Shown here one piece after another: positions 19,623 through 28,456 of a DNA stretch of 64,000 bases. The first letter of the stretch is position 1. Each line of letters begins with the position of its first letter. The notes under the pieces were generated by a model that searched no databases, had not been told where the DNA came from, and saw only the letters and a list, made by a program, of their open reading frames with translations. This DNA comes from an uncultured Candidatus Saccharibacteria bacterium (GTDB lineage: Bacteria > Patescibacteriota > Minisyncoccia > RBG-13-40-8-A), in contig OZ246412.1 of the NCBI GenBank assembly GCA_965231075.1, positions 463,282 through 527,281 on the forward strand, read 5' to 3'. The position numbers and the translations under genes are program-made.

Positions 19623-20591
19623 ATGAGTCACAAAATATTCTCAGAAAAAATTGATCTTATTCACAAGGCTCGCGAAGCCATGCTTTCGGCTGTTCAAATT
19701 TATAATAATCCACTCATCACATTTAAGACAGAATCTTTTATAGTTCTATCATTAATTGCGTGGACTTATATGCTTCATGCACACTATCGTTCTGAGAGAA
19801 TTGATTATCGTTATTCTACTATACCAAAAAAGCGCAAAAAATTTGTTCGTAATCCAGACGGAAGTATTCGTTATTGGGATCTAACGGAATGTATTTCCCG
19901 ACAAGCCTGTCCTCTCGACAAAGACACAAAAAATAATTTAGGCTTTCTGATAGGATTGCGGAATCAAATTGAACACAAAAAAGCTACGGGACTAGATTCA
20001 TATCTATCGGCTCGTTATCAAGCATGTGCCCTAAATTTTAATTATTACCTTAAAAAAATTCATGGAGAAAAATTTGGATTAGATCAAAGCCTAGCTCTAA
20101 GTTTACAATTTGCGGAACTCGATTATTCTCAATCAAAAATTATCAAAGATAAAGAAGGATTAATACCTCAGGATATAATTTCTTATATCGCTAATTTCGA
20201 TGGCAAACTATCAAATGCCGAGATAGAGAGTGACAGATTCGCATATAGATTACTTTTTACTAAAGTGGTTGCGAAAAGAAAAGGACAAGCAGATAGAGTT
20301 ATCGAGTTTATTGATCCAAATTCGAAGCTAGCCAAGAATATCTCTCAGCAATATTGGGTTAAAGAAGAAAAAGAGAAAGCAAAGTTTTCTGCGACTCAAG
20401 TAATCCAAAAAGTGCAAGAAGCTGGATTTAAAAGTTTTAGCATGCATCAACATACTGTTTTTTGGAAAGAGCGTGATGGCAAAAATCCCGACAAGGGATT
20501 CGGGGTAATTGTGGTTAAAACATGGTGTTGGTACCAAAATTGGATTGATTGCATAATCAACGAACTTAATAATGAAAAAACGGACAAATGA
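19623..20591 (+). CDS. DUF3644-like protein with HEPN-like RxxxxH motif
   Basis: KAREAMLSAVQIYNNP...ESFIVL..IAWTYMLHA; LRNQIEH. Confidence 0.8.
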   Translation: MSHKIFSEKIDLIHKAREAMLSAVQIYNNPLITFKTESFIVLSLIAWTYMLHAHYRSERIDYRYSTIPKKRKKFVRNPDGSIRYWDLTECISRQACPLDKDTKNNLGFLIGLRNQIEHKKATGLDSYLSARYQACALNFNYYLKKIHGEKFGLDQSLALSLQFAELDYSQSKIIKDKEGLIPQDIISYIANFDGKLSNAEIESDRFAYRLLFTKVVAKRKGQADRVIEFIDPNSKLAKNISQQYWVKEEKEKAKFSATQVIQKVQEAGFKSFSMHQHTVFWKERDGKNPDKGFGVIVVKTWCWYQNWIDCIINELNNEKTDK

Positions 20592-20630
20592 GACACGAGA
20601 CAATACCCATAAAAAGTGTCTCATTTGTCT
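20582..20630. repeat. Inverted repeat overlapping the DUF3644 stop codon
   Basis: ggacaaatgagacac-N19-gtgtctcatttgtct. Confidence 0.7.
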
Positions 20631-20738
20631 TATTTGTAAAAGCTGACCCCGACCCACGTGCTTCTTGAAATAGAGCCGAAAAAATGTTAAAATACCCTTA
20701 CGGTACGGGTTACTTAACCCGACTGTTCCGCATTGTTT

Positions 20739-21302
20739 ATGTCTAGTGAAATAAAAATCCTACAAAAAGAAAATCGAGAATTAAAAAAAGAAATCAACCA
20801 ACTAAAGGAATTGGTTACCGTTGATTATCTCACTAAAATATATAATCGTCGTGCTTTTTCTCATTTTTTAAAAAATCTTTGCCAAGAAGTAAAATGGACG
20901 GCTCAAAACATGAGTCGTCGACAGCGCAAAGAATTTTTTTCTTTATTGTTAATTGATATCGATGATTTTAAAAAAATAAATGATGCCCACGGACATCTCT
21001 ATGGTGACAAGGTTTTACAAAAAGTCGCAAGGTTTTTAGAAAACTCCGTTAGAGATTTTGATGTTGTCGCTCGGTGGGGAGGCGAAGAATTTGTAATTAT
21101 TTTACAAGAGGCAACCCTTAGACAGGCCCAAGCTAGGGCAGAAGTAATATTAAAAAATGCTCCTAAAAAACTATCGATTACCTTTAGCATTGGCGTAGTC
21201 GAATCAAGTCCTGGACTTACAGAAAAATCAATATTCCATAAAGCCGATCGTGCTGTTTATAAAGCAAAAAGGTTGGGCAAGAATCAAATTGTTTTAGCGT
21301 AA
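20739..21302 (+). CDS. Diguanylate cyclase (GGDEF) with N-terminal coiled coil
   Basis: DYLT..YNRR, IDIDDFK..ND..GH..GD, RWGGEEF. Confidence 0.93.
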   Translation: MSSEIKILQKENRELKKEINQLKELVTVDYLTKIYNRRAFSHFLKNLCQEVKWTAQNMSRRQRKEFFSLLLIDIDDFKKINDAHGHLYGDKVLQKVARFLENSVRDFDVVARWGGEEFVIILQEATLRQAQARAEVILKNAPKKLSITFSIGVVESSPGLTEKSIFHKADRAVYKAKRLGKNQIVLA

Positions 21303-21305
21303 AAT

Positions 21306-21390
21306 GGAGGAGTCGCATAGTGGCCTAGTGCGACGGTCTTGAAAACCGTTAGAGGGCAACCTCTCGTGAGTTCGAATCTCACCTCCTCCG
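21306..21390 (+). tRNA. tRNA-Ser(TGA)
   Basis: Cloverleaf, loop CTTGAAA, long variable arm. Confidence 0.95.
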
Positions 21391-21415
21391 AATTCAAAAT
21401 TAATGACAAGTAAAA

Positions 21416-21877
21416 ATGTTAATGACAGAAAAAATAATTAAAGTTGAAAAGAATATAAATAATATTTTATTCTGGATATGTTTTTTTGTAACTATTATCG
21501 CCATGTTTATGGCTTTTTTAGAATTTTTTGCCCGTGGTGAATTTCCCACATCTAAAATCGGATTATTCTATATCGGAGTTTTGGCAATTTATTCTTTCCA
21601 CAAAGAGGCACTAAGATTCTTGGAACATGCCCAAACAGAAAAAACCCAGAAAAAGGGAGAATTATTCGTTTACGCTTGGATCATTATTGCGGCAATTTTA
21701 CATCTTGTGAACTTTATAACGAAGAATTATTATGTTATTGGTGATAACGGTGAACATCTTTTGGGCTTAACAAATATAAGTTACACTGCACTAGAGGTTG
21801 GCGCGGTATTTGTTTTCGCAAGAATTTTAAAATTGTTAATGACAAGGTTTTACTATAAAAATAATTCACCCCGTTAA
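21416..21877 (+). CDS. Hypothetical 4-TM membrane protein
   Basis: 153 aa hydrophobic. Confidence 0.75.
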   Translation: MLMTEKIIKVEKNINNILFWICFFVTIIAMFMAFLEFFARGEFPTSKIGLFYIGVLAIYSFHKEALRFLEHAQTEKTQKKGELFVYAWIIIAAILHLVNFITKNYYVIGDNGEHLLGLTNISYTALEVGAVFVFARILKLLMTRFYYKNNSPR

Positions 21878-21921
21878 ATATCCCGCATTGCGGGATCCTG
21901 CTATGCAGGATTTAACAGGGT
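21868..21921 (+). repeat. Three-way-junction palindromic element, copy 1
   Basis: ccccgttaaat-[tcccgcattgcggga][tcctgctatgcagga]-tttaacaggg. Confidence 0.85.
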
Positions 21922-21929
21922 AAAAAAAC

Positions 21930-22502
21930 ATGGATATTATTAAACCAATAAAAAAATTAATCGAACCAGAACCAGCTCCGACGCTCGTTGAAGACGAGGT
22001 CGGAGTCCCGACTTCCCCAGAGGAGAACGTCGGGAAAACCACACTACAAACTTTCGAGTGGGAAGCGCCAGAATTTGAGAAACATAACAAATCGGGTTCT
22101 TGGTTTGTGTTGCCAGCGATTATTACAATTATTGTTGGGGTGATTGCTATCGCCACAGAGAATATTTTATTTTTAATTTTAATTTTGTTGGGATTTTTTA
22201 CTTTCTATGTTTATGCCAAAAAAGAACCGGGAATAATAAAATTTAAAATTAACGAGAAAGGAATTGAAATTGACGGAAAACTATACGATTTTAGTTCGAT
22301 CAAATCTTTTTGGATTTTTTATAACCCGCCCACAGAAAAAGAAATTAGTATTCGTAGTCGAAAAACATCCTCACCGTATATTAAAATTCCTTTGGCCGAA
22401 CAAAACCCAAACGAAATTCGAAAATACTTATTAAGATTTTTACCGGAAAAAAGACACAAAGAATCTCTGGTTGATATCTGGATGAAACGAGTTGGATTTT
22501 AA
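21930..22502 (+). CDS. Conserved 2-TM + PH-like protein with in-frame palindromic insert
   Basis: FEWEAPEF..H.K...W, INEKGI.ID.KLY.F..IKSFWI; GC-rich double hairpin at 21977-22035. Confidence 0.8.
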   Translation: MDIIKPIKKLIEPEPAPTLVEDEVGVPTSPEENVGKTTLQTFEWEAPEFEKHNKSGSWFVLPAIITIIVGVIAIATENILFLILILLGFFTFYVYAKKEPGIIKFKINEKGIEIDGKLYDFSSIKSFWIFYNPPTEKEISIRSRKTSSPYIKIPLAEQNPNEIRKYLLRFLPEKRHKESLVDIWMKRVGF

Positions 22503-22526
22503 CTTGCCCGCTTCTGGCGGGAATAC

Positions 22527-22598
22527 GCCCTTGTCGTTCAACGGACAGGACGCGAACTTGCGGAGTTCGAAATCGAGGTTCGACTCCTCGTGAGGGCA
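22527..22598 (+). tRNA. tRNA-Arg(GCG)
   Basis: CGAAC-TTGCGGA-GTTCG anticodon arm. Confidence 0.92.
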
Positions 22599-22605
22599 AA
22601 TTTCT

Positions 22606-24684
22606 ATGATTAAATTTTCACTTGATGATTCGATTTCTGAATTACCAAGAATAAACGAAAAACATTTAAAAAGATTTCAAAAGCTCGGATTAAATAAAAT
22701 CCGAGATTTGTTGTATCATTTTCCGCATCGTTACGATGATTTTTCCAATATTAAAACTATAAATAAATTACAACTCAACGAAACCGCCACGATTCAGGGA
22801 GAAATTTTGAAAATTACCAACACTCGAACATTCAAAAAACACATGTCCATAACCGAAGCATCAGTCAAAGATAAAACCGGCAATGTACGTGTGATTTGGT
22901 TTAATCAACCGTTCTTGATTAAAAATATTTCGGAGGGAAAAATGGTTAGCTTGTCGGGAAAATACGCCATGGGGCCAAAAGGACCATATTTATCTAATCC
23001 TAGTTATGAATTATTAAGTTTATACAAAACCACCACTCACACTGCCGGATTAATCCCCGTATATCCAGAAACCACCGGGATTAGTTCAAAATTTTTAAGA
23101 TATTATATTAAATTAATTTTACCGAATATTGTTTTAATTAAAGATCCCCTACTATTGGAAATATTAAAACAATACAATTTACCAAACATTCAAAAAGCAT
23201 TATTAAATATCCATTTTCCCAAGACCCTAAAATCTGCCGACGAAGCCAAAAAACGTTTTGCCTTCGAAGAATTATTTTTATTGCAATTATATGTTTTAAA
23301 ACAAAAAATAAATTTACACAAAGAAAATGCGTTTAAGATTCCCTTTAACAAGGATTTGATTCAATCATTTGTAAAACAACTTCCTTTCGAATTAACCGAA
23401 GCACAAAGAAAAACAATTTGGGAAATAATTCAAGATCTAGAAAAATCGGAACCGATGAATCGCTTATTACAAGGAGATGTTGGTTCAGGAAAAACTGTTG
23501 TAGCCGCAACTGTAGCCCTAGAGGTTGCCAGGACGGGATTTCAGGTCGCATTTATGGTGCCAACAGAAATTCTCGCACAACAACATTTTAAAGAAATACA
23601 AAAACTACTTAAAGGATTTGATATCGAAATTGGACTATTAACTGGAAACGATAAAAAAATATCCCAGAAAACAAAAATTGTTGTTGGAACACATGCCCTC
23701 ATACAGAAGTCAGTAAAATTTAACAACCTAGCTCTAGTTATCGTAGACGAACAACATCGCTTCGGTGTCGAACAACGTGCTGCTTTATTGAAGAACAGCA
23801 CCATTTCTCCGCATTTATTATCAATGACTGCTACGCCGATACCAAGAACGCTTGCTCTGACCATTTACGGTGATCTGGATATCTCTTTATTAAATGAAAT
23901 GCCGAAAAATCGACAAAAAATAATTACTAAGATTGTTCCTCCTCATCAGCGTGAACAAGCGTATGAATTTATTCGTCAGGAAGTTAAAAAAGGCAGACAA
24001 TGTTTTGTAATTTGCCCTCGGATAGAGCTATCAAAACCAAAAGAAAAGTCAGAAGAGAACAGCGGTCAAATAAAAATTGACGCCAAGAAATTATTATGGG
24101 CGGAGGTTAAGGCGGTTAAAGATGAATATGAGAAATTATCAGAAAAAATATTTCCCGATTTAACCATTGATATGATTCATGGCAAGATAAAAGCGAAAGA
24201 CAAAGAAAAAATTATGTCTGATTTCCGCAATAAAAAAACCGACGTTTTAATTTCAACATCAGTGATTGAGGTGGGCATTGATATTCCTAACGCTACTGTG
24301 ATGATGATTGAGGGCGCTGATCGATTTGGATTAGCACAATTACACCAATTCAGAGGACGCGTAGGAAGAGGAGAACACCAATCGTATTGTTTGTTATTAT
24401 CGACTTCCGGAGAAACAACAACGCGTTTGAGAGCAATGCAAAAATATGACAATGGTTTCGATCTGGCCGAACAGGACATGAAAATTAGAGGTCCGGGACA
24501 ATTTTACGGCGTTCAGCAATCCGGTTTGCCCGATCTAGCCATGGCGAATTTAAACGATTTAGAATTAATAAAATCCACTCGCCACGAAGCGTTGGAATTA
24601 TTAAAAAAAGATCCCAATTTGGAATCTCATAAATTACTTCTCGAAAAACTCAATAAGTTCAAACAAACAATTCATCTAGAATAA
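22606..24684 (+). CDS. recG: ATP-dependent DNA helicase RecG
   Basis: LLQGDVGSGKT, DEQHRFG, TATPIPRTL, QLHQFRGRVGRG. Confidence 0.97.
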   Translation: MIKFSLDDSISELPRINEKHLKRFQKLGLNKIRDLLYHFPHRYDDFSNIKTINKLQLNETATIQGEILKITNTRTFKKHMSITEASVKDKTGNVRVIWFNQPFLIKNISEGKMVSLSGKYAMGPKGPYLSNPSYELLSLYKTTTHTAGLIPVYPETTGISSKFLRYYIKLILPNIVLIKDPLLLEILKQYNLPNIQKALLNIHFPKTLKSADEAKKRFAFEELFLLQLYVLKQKINLHKENAFKIPFNKDLIQSFVKQLPFELTEAQRKTIWEIIQDLEKSEPMNRLLQGDVGSGKTVVAATVALEVARTGFQVAFMVPTEILAQQHFKEIQKLLKGFDIEIGLLTGNDKKISQKTKIVVGTHALIQKSVKFNNLALVIVDEQHRFGVEQRAALLKNSTISPHLLSMTATPIPRTLALTIYGDLDISLLNEMPKNRQKIITKIVPPHQREQAYEFIRQEVKKGRQCFVICPRIELSKPKEKSEENSGQIKIDAKKLLWAEVKAVKDEYEKLSEKIFPDLTIDMIHGKIKAKDKEKIMSDFRNKKTDVLISTSVIEVGIDIPNATVMMIEGADRFGLAQLHQFRGRVGRGEHQSYCLLLSTSGETTTRLRAMQKYDNGFDLAEQDMKIRGPGQFYGVQQSGLPDLAMANLNDLELIKSTRHEALELLKKDPNLESHKLLLEKLNKFKQTIHLE

Positions 24685-24725
24685 ATATTATTAAATTCAA
24701 TAAAAAATAACGAAGTTGAACGTCG

Positions 24726-26255
24726 TTATTTTTTATTTTTGGGCGTGACCCAGAATCCCATATATTTGCCAAACATTAAACGGGTTTGCGAAATTAATGC
24801 CGGAATAGATCCAAAAATAATTGTTGCCACCGGAACCAAAACCCACTGCAAGATCATCCAGATATATTTTTTAGAACTATATTTCGCAGGTCTTGGCGGT
24901 AAAAGTTTTAAAGTATAAAATGCCGACAAGAACAACCCCAGTGTTGCCACAGACATTAAGGTACGGGTCAACCGAGGAAGATTATACGAGAGCAAGGTAC
25001 GATTAAAGCTGTCTCCGCCTAAAAATAACGGCAACCAACCTAAAGCGAAAATCATTAAAGAATTTGTCCCCCACGACCAAAATGCCTCCCAATGATAAAA
25101 CATATGATAGATTTTCTTCCTTAATGGCATTAATTTGTTTTTGATACAGCCGAAAGTAAAATATGGCACGTTTTCTACTCCCCAACTCCATCTCGTTTGT
25201 TGTTTGAAAACATTTTTAACTGTTGTCCAAAAATTATCGGCTAAATTTGCATCCATTGAAATTGGATAATAAAGTGGAACATTGTGATAGTTTCCATTGT
25301 AAAACAATAATGCTTGCCAATAAATCCTTGAATCTTCTGAGACGTTTTTGTTCGTCCAAAAATCCATTTCTACCAGCGCCTTAAAACTCATTGAATGAGA
25401 TGAAAATGTCGACATTCTTTCTGATCTTTCTTGTTGAATCATGTGCCAAAAAGTTGCACCAGTTGCAATAACTCGGGAAATTGCTGGTGCGTCCCAAATA
25501 TTATTATTATACATTGGCACTGGCTGAAAGCTCGAATGTAACGGGTCGGGACAAGTTAGATAGTTAAAAGACAAACAAGCAAAATAATGAGGGAAAACTT
25601 GCGTATCAATATCAAACGACGAAACGATGATGTTTTCGTAGGGGATTTGTAATTGATCGATTAGTTTTTTGGCCTCTTTAGCGGCAAAAGTTTCGTTAGA
25701 GGCTTTCCCCGCTAATTCGCCAACAATGTCTTGCGGATGGACAGTGGTTAAAAATTTAAAAAAATTATTAGAGAATTCTTTTTCTATCTGCTGAGCAATT
25801 CTTAATGCTTCTTCTCCAGCTCTTTGCTCAACCGCCAACACAACAATAAATTTGTCTAGGGGATATTTAGATTTTATTAGAGCATCAAAAGTTGATCTTA
25901 ATACTTCGATTTTTTCTTTATAGAATGGGAGAATAATCAAGTGATGTATTTCTTGCCAGTTTTTAAGCGGAGATTCTTCTAGTTTTTCTAACCAATTAAT
26001 TTTCATGTTTTGCTTCATTCGACGATAAGAAAATTGTTGATGAAAGGCTAAAAAAATCGTTTTCAATAACCAATAAATATCAAAAGCGATAATAAAAAAA
26101 GCCACAAAAACCGGTGCTTTCCAGGAAAGCACAAACATCAAGATTAACGTCCCCCAACTTAAAACTCCCGGCAATATTTCTAGAAAACGAAACAGTCTTC
26201 TGTCTCCAGGGGCTTCTAAATCTCTAGCAAAGCCAATTTTAATATACTTTTTCAT
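24726..26255 (-). CDS. Membrane glycosyltransferase family 2
   Basis: FDID, SED, QQTRW motifs plus multiple TMs. Confidence 0.88.
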   Translation of the reverse strand: MKKYIKIGFARDLEAPGDRRLFRFLEILPGVLSWGTLILMFVLSWKAPVFVAFFIIAFDIYWLLKTIFLAFHQQFSYRRMKQNMKINWLEKLEESPLKNWQEIHHLIILPFYKEKIEVLRSTFDALIKSKYPLDKFIVVLAVEQRAGEEALRIAQQIEKEFSNNFFKFLTTVHPQDIVGELAGKASNETFAAKEAKKLIDQLQIPYENIIVSSFDIDTQVFPHYFACLSFNYLTCPDPLHSSFQPVPMYNNNIWDAPAISRVIATGATFWHMIQQERSERMSTFSSHSMSFKALVEMDFWTNKNVSEDSRIYWQALLFYNGNYHNVPLYYPISMDANLADNFWTTVKNVFKQQTRWSWGVENVPYFTFGCIKNKLMPLRKKIYHMFYHWEAFWSWGTNSLMIFALGWLPLFLGGDSFNRTLLSYNLPRLTRTLMSVATLGLFLSAFYTLKLLPPRPAKYSSKKYIWMILQWVLVPVATIIFGSIPALISQTRLMFGKYMGFWVTPKNKK

Positions 26256-26614
26256 TTAAAATATTCTATCCAAAGCTTAAGATTAGATATTTTTTTTATT
26301 TGTGAATTATTATTTTCGTTTTGAATAATATCGTTGGCGTTTGTAATCATGACCACCGTTTCTCCCTCCTTGACCATGTTTAATTTTTTTCTGGCTTCGT
26401 CTTCCAAAAATTCCTGCGATTGAAAATATTCTCTATTTTCAATTAATTCTTTGTTATTTTCTTTCAGATCTTCAATATCTTGTTCTAGATTATTAATTTC
26501 TTCGCCAACTTTAAAATAGCGATAACCTTCGCGACCGAGGGCAACGATAACCAATACCAATATAATCACTAAGCAGAAAACAAAATATGGTGATTCAAAA
26601 AAATTGTTTTTCAT
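26252..26614 (-). CDS. Septum formation initiator (FtsB/DivIC family)
   Basis: TM + coiled coil + E.EARKKLNMVKEGE. Confidence 0.88.
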   Translation of the reverse strand: MKNNFFESPYFVFCLVIILVLVIVALGREGYRYFKVGEEINNLEQDIEDLKENNKELIENREYFQSQEFLEDEARKKLNMVKEGETVVMITNANDIIQNENNNSQIKKISNLKLWIEYFK

Positions 26615-26718
26615 TATTGGAACATGGGTATGAACAAAAATGCAATCATACTCAACGTAACAATGATTACCGCAACTGCCCAAAAAAACTTTGCTAATTT
26701 TGTAAATCTTTTATTCAT
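26614..26718 (-). CDS. 34-aa single-TM small protein (DUF4044-like)
   Basis: Translated by hand: MNKRFTKLAKFFWAVAVIIVTLSMIAFLFIPMFQ; TAATG overlap with next gene. Confidence 0.7.
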   Translation of the reverse strand: MNKRFTKLAKFFWAVAVIIVTLSMIAFLFIPMFQ

Positions 26719-26719
26719 A

Positions 26720-28456
26720 TTATCTTTGTTTTAATACTTTTAAAAATACGTCTGCAGGTATGTTAACCTTTCCAAACTGTGCCATTTTCTTCTTTCCCTT
26801 TTTTTGCTTTTCTAATAATTTCCTTTTTCTTGAATAATCGCCACCGTATAAATACCCGGTTACATCTTTTTTCATAGCTTTTTTAGTTTCTCGAGCAAGA
26901 ATGTTGCCGTCGACAGCTGCCTGGATTGGCACTGACCACTGATAATACGGCAAAACATCTTTTAATAGTTCTACTAATCTTTTACCTTCTCGATAAGCAT
27001 CATCGCGTCTAACCATCTTGGAAAATGCTTCTATTTTTTCCCCATCAATTAAAATGTCTAACTTCACCAAGTCAGCAACCTTATAGTCTTTGATTTGATA
27101 AGACATGGAAGCATATCCCGAACTCACGGTTTTCAACTTGTCGTAGAAACTTTGCAAAATTATATCTAATGGTCCCTCAAATTTAATGATTATTTTTTCG
27201 TCGGTTAACCATACCGTGTCTTTAAATTCTCCAGGGAAATTGGTTAATAGTTTGTTTATTGGTCCCAGATATTGATTGGGCGTAATAATCTCCATATCCA
27301 TTACTGGTTCTTCAATTTTATCTTCTGCGTTTTTTCTGTAAATAACACTAGGGGAGGTTGTAATTAAATTCAGGCCGTAGTCCCTTTTTAATCTCTCGGT
27401 AACAATTTCTAAATGAAGCATGCCCAAAAAACCACAACGAAATCCCCTACCCAGCGCGCCTGATGACTCGGGATTAAAAGACAACGAAGAATCGCTCAAT
27501 TTTAATTTTCTCAGACCATCATTTAATAAATCGTAATCATCTGAATCGATGGGATAGAAGCTCGCAAACACAACCGGCTGTGGTTCTTTGTATCCCTTTA
27601 GTGGCTCAATTTCGGTTTTAAAATTATCGTTTTTTAATGTAACAGTATCACCAACGCGACATCTTTCTATTTCTTTTAGTCCAGTCGCGATATAACCAAT
27701 TTCTCCAGCCCTTAATTCTTTGCTTTCCATAAAATCTGGTTTAAAATATCCCAATTCTAATACTTCGGCGTTGGCGCCGACTTGCATCAAATAAATTCTG
27801 TCTTGTTGTTTAAAATTTCCATTGAAAACACGGACATAGGCAACAACTCCTTTGTAGGTGTCGTATTCTGAATCGAAGATAAGTGCCCGCGGTATATCAT
27901 TTTTTTCGCCAGAATTAAATTTTGGCGCTGGCACCTTTTCAATTACAACCCTTAAAAGTTTTTCAACGTTTTCTCCTGTTTTCCCAGAAACCAATATGAT
28001 GTCTTCTCTTTTAACGTCTAAAAGTTTTTCTATTTCGGCAACGGTTTTCTCAACATCGGCTGTGGCCAAATCAATCTTGTTTACGGCGGGAATAATCGTT
28101 AAATTTTCCTTCCTAGCAAATTCCAGATTGGTTAGTGTTTGCGCTTGTACGCCTTGCGTTGCGTCAACCAACAAAATTGCTCCCTCTACTGCCGCTAGAC
28201 TGCGTGAGACCTCATAAGAAAAATCAACGTGACCAGGGGTATCAATTAAATTCAAGATATATCCATCCCATTCCATCCTTACGGGTTGCATTTTAATAGT
28301 AATCCCTCTTTCGCGCTCAATCGACATTCTATCTAAAAATTGTGGCTGCATTTTCCTTGGATCAATGGTTTTGGTAATATCTAAAAATCGGTCAGCGAGA
28401 GTTGACTTGCCGTGATCGATGTGTGCCATGATGACAAAATTCCTAATGTTATTCAT
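26720..28456 (-). CDS. lepA: Elongation factor 4 LepA
   Basis: AHIDHGKSTLADR, DTPGHVDF, GFLGMLH, YGGD.SRKRKLLEKQK.GK. Confidence 0.97.
   Translation of the reverse strand: MNNIRNFVIMAHIDHGKSTLADRFLDITKTIDPRKMQPQFLDRMSIERERGITIKMQPVRMEWDGYILNLIDTPGHVDFSYEVSRSLAAVEGAILLVDATQGVQAQTLTNLEFARKENLTIIPAVNKIDLATADVEKTVAEIEKLLDVKREDIILVSGKTGENVEKLLRVVIEKVPAPKFNSGEKNDIPRALIFDSEYDTYKGVVAYVRVFNGNFKQQDRIYLMQVGANAEVLELGYFKPDFMESKELRAGEIGYIATGLKEIERCRVGDTVTLKNDNFKTEIEPLKGYKEPQPVVFASFYPIDSDDYDLLNDGLRKLKLSDSSLSFNPESSGALGRGFRCGFLGMLHLEIVTERLKRDYGLNLITTSPSVIYRKNAEDKIEEPVMDMEIITPNQYLGPINKLLTNFPGEFKDTVWLTDEKIIIKFEGPLDIILQSFYDKLKTVSSGYASMSYQIKDYKVADLVKLDILIDGEKIEAFSKMVRRDDAYREGKRLVELLKDVLPYYQWSVPIQAAVDGNILARETKKAMKKDVTGYLYGGDYSRKRKLLEKQKKGKKKMAQFGKVNIPADVFLKVLKQR

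Noticed and set aside
246-20591. Complete prophage
   Set aside because: No portal, capsid, tail, lysis or replication genes recognisable in the window
21306-21390. tRNA-Ser as the island attachment site
   Set aside because: No duplicated tRNA-Ser end found in the island portion of the window
22381-22599. 72-aa minus-strand ORF (likewise 45660-45842, 49274-49624, 53642-53977)
   Set aside because: Shadow ORFs over tRNA genes
26615-26683. Cys/His-rich N-terminal extension of the FtsB-like ORF
   Set aside because: Better explained by the 34-aa TM microprotein in another frame
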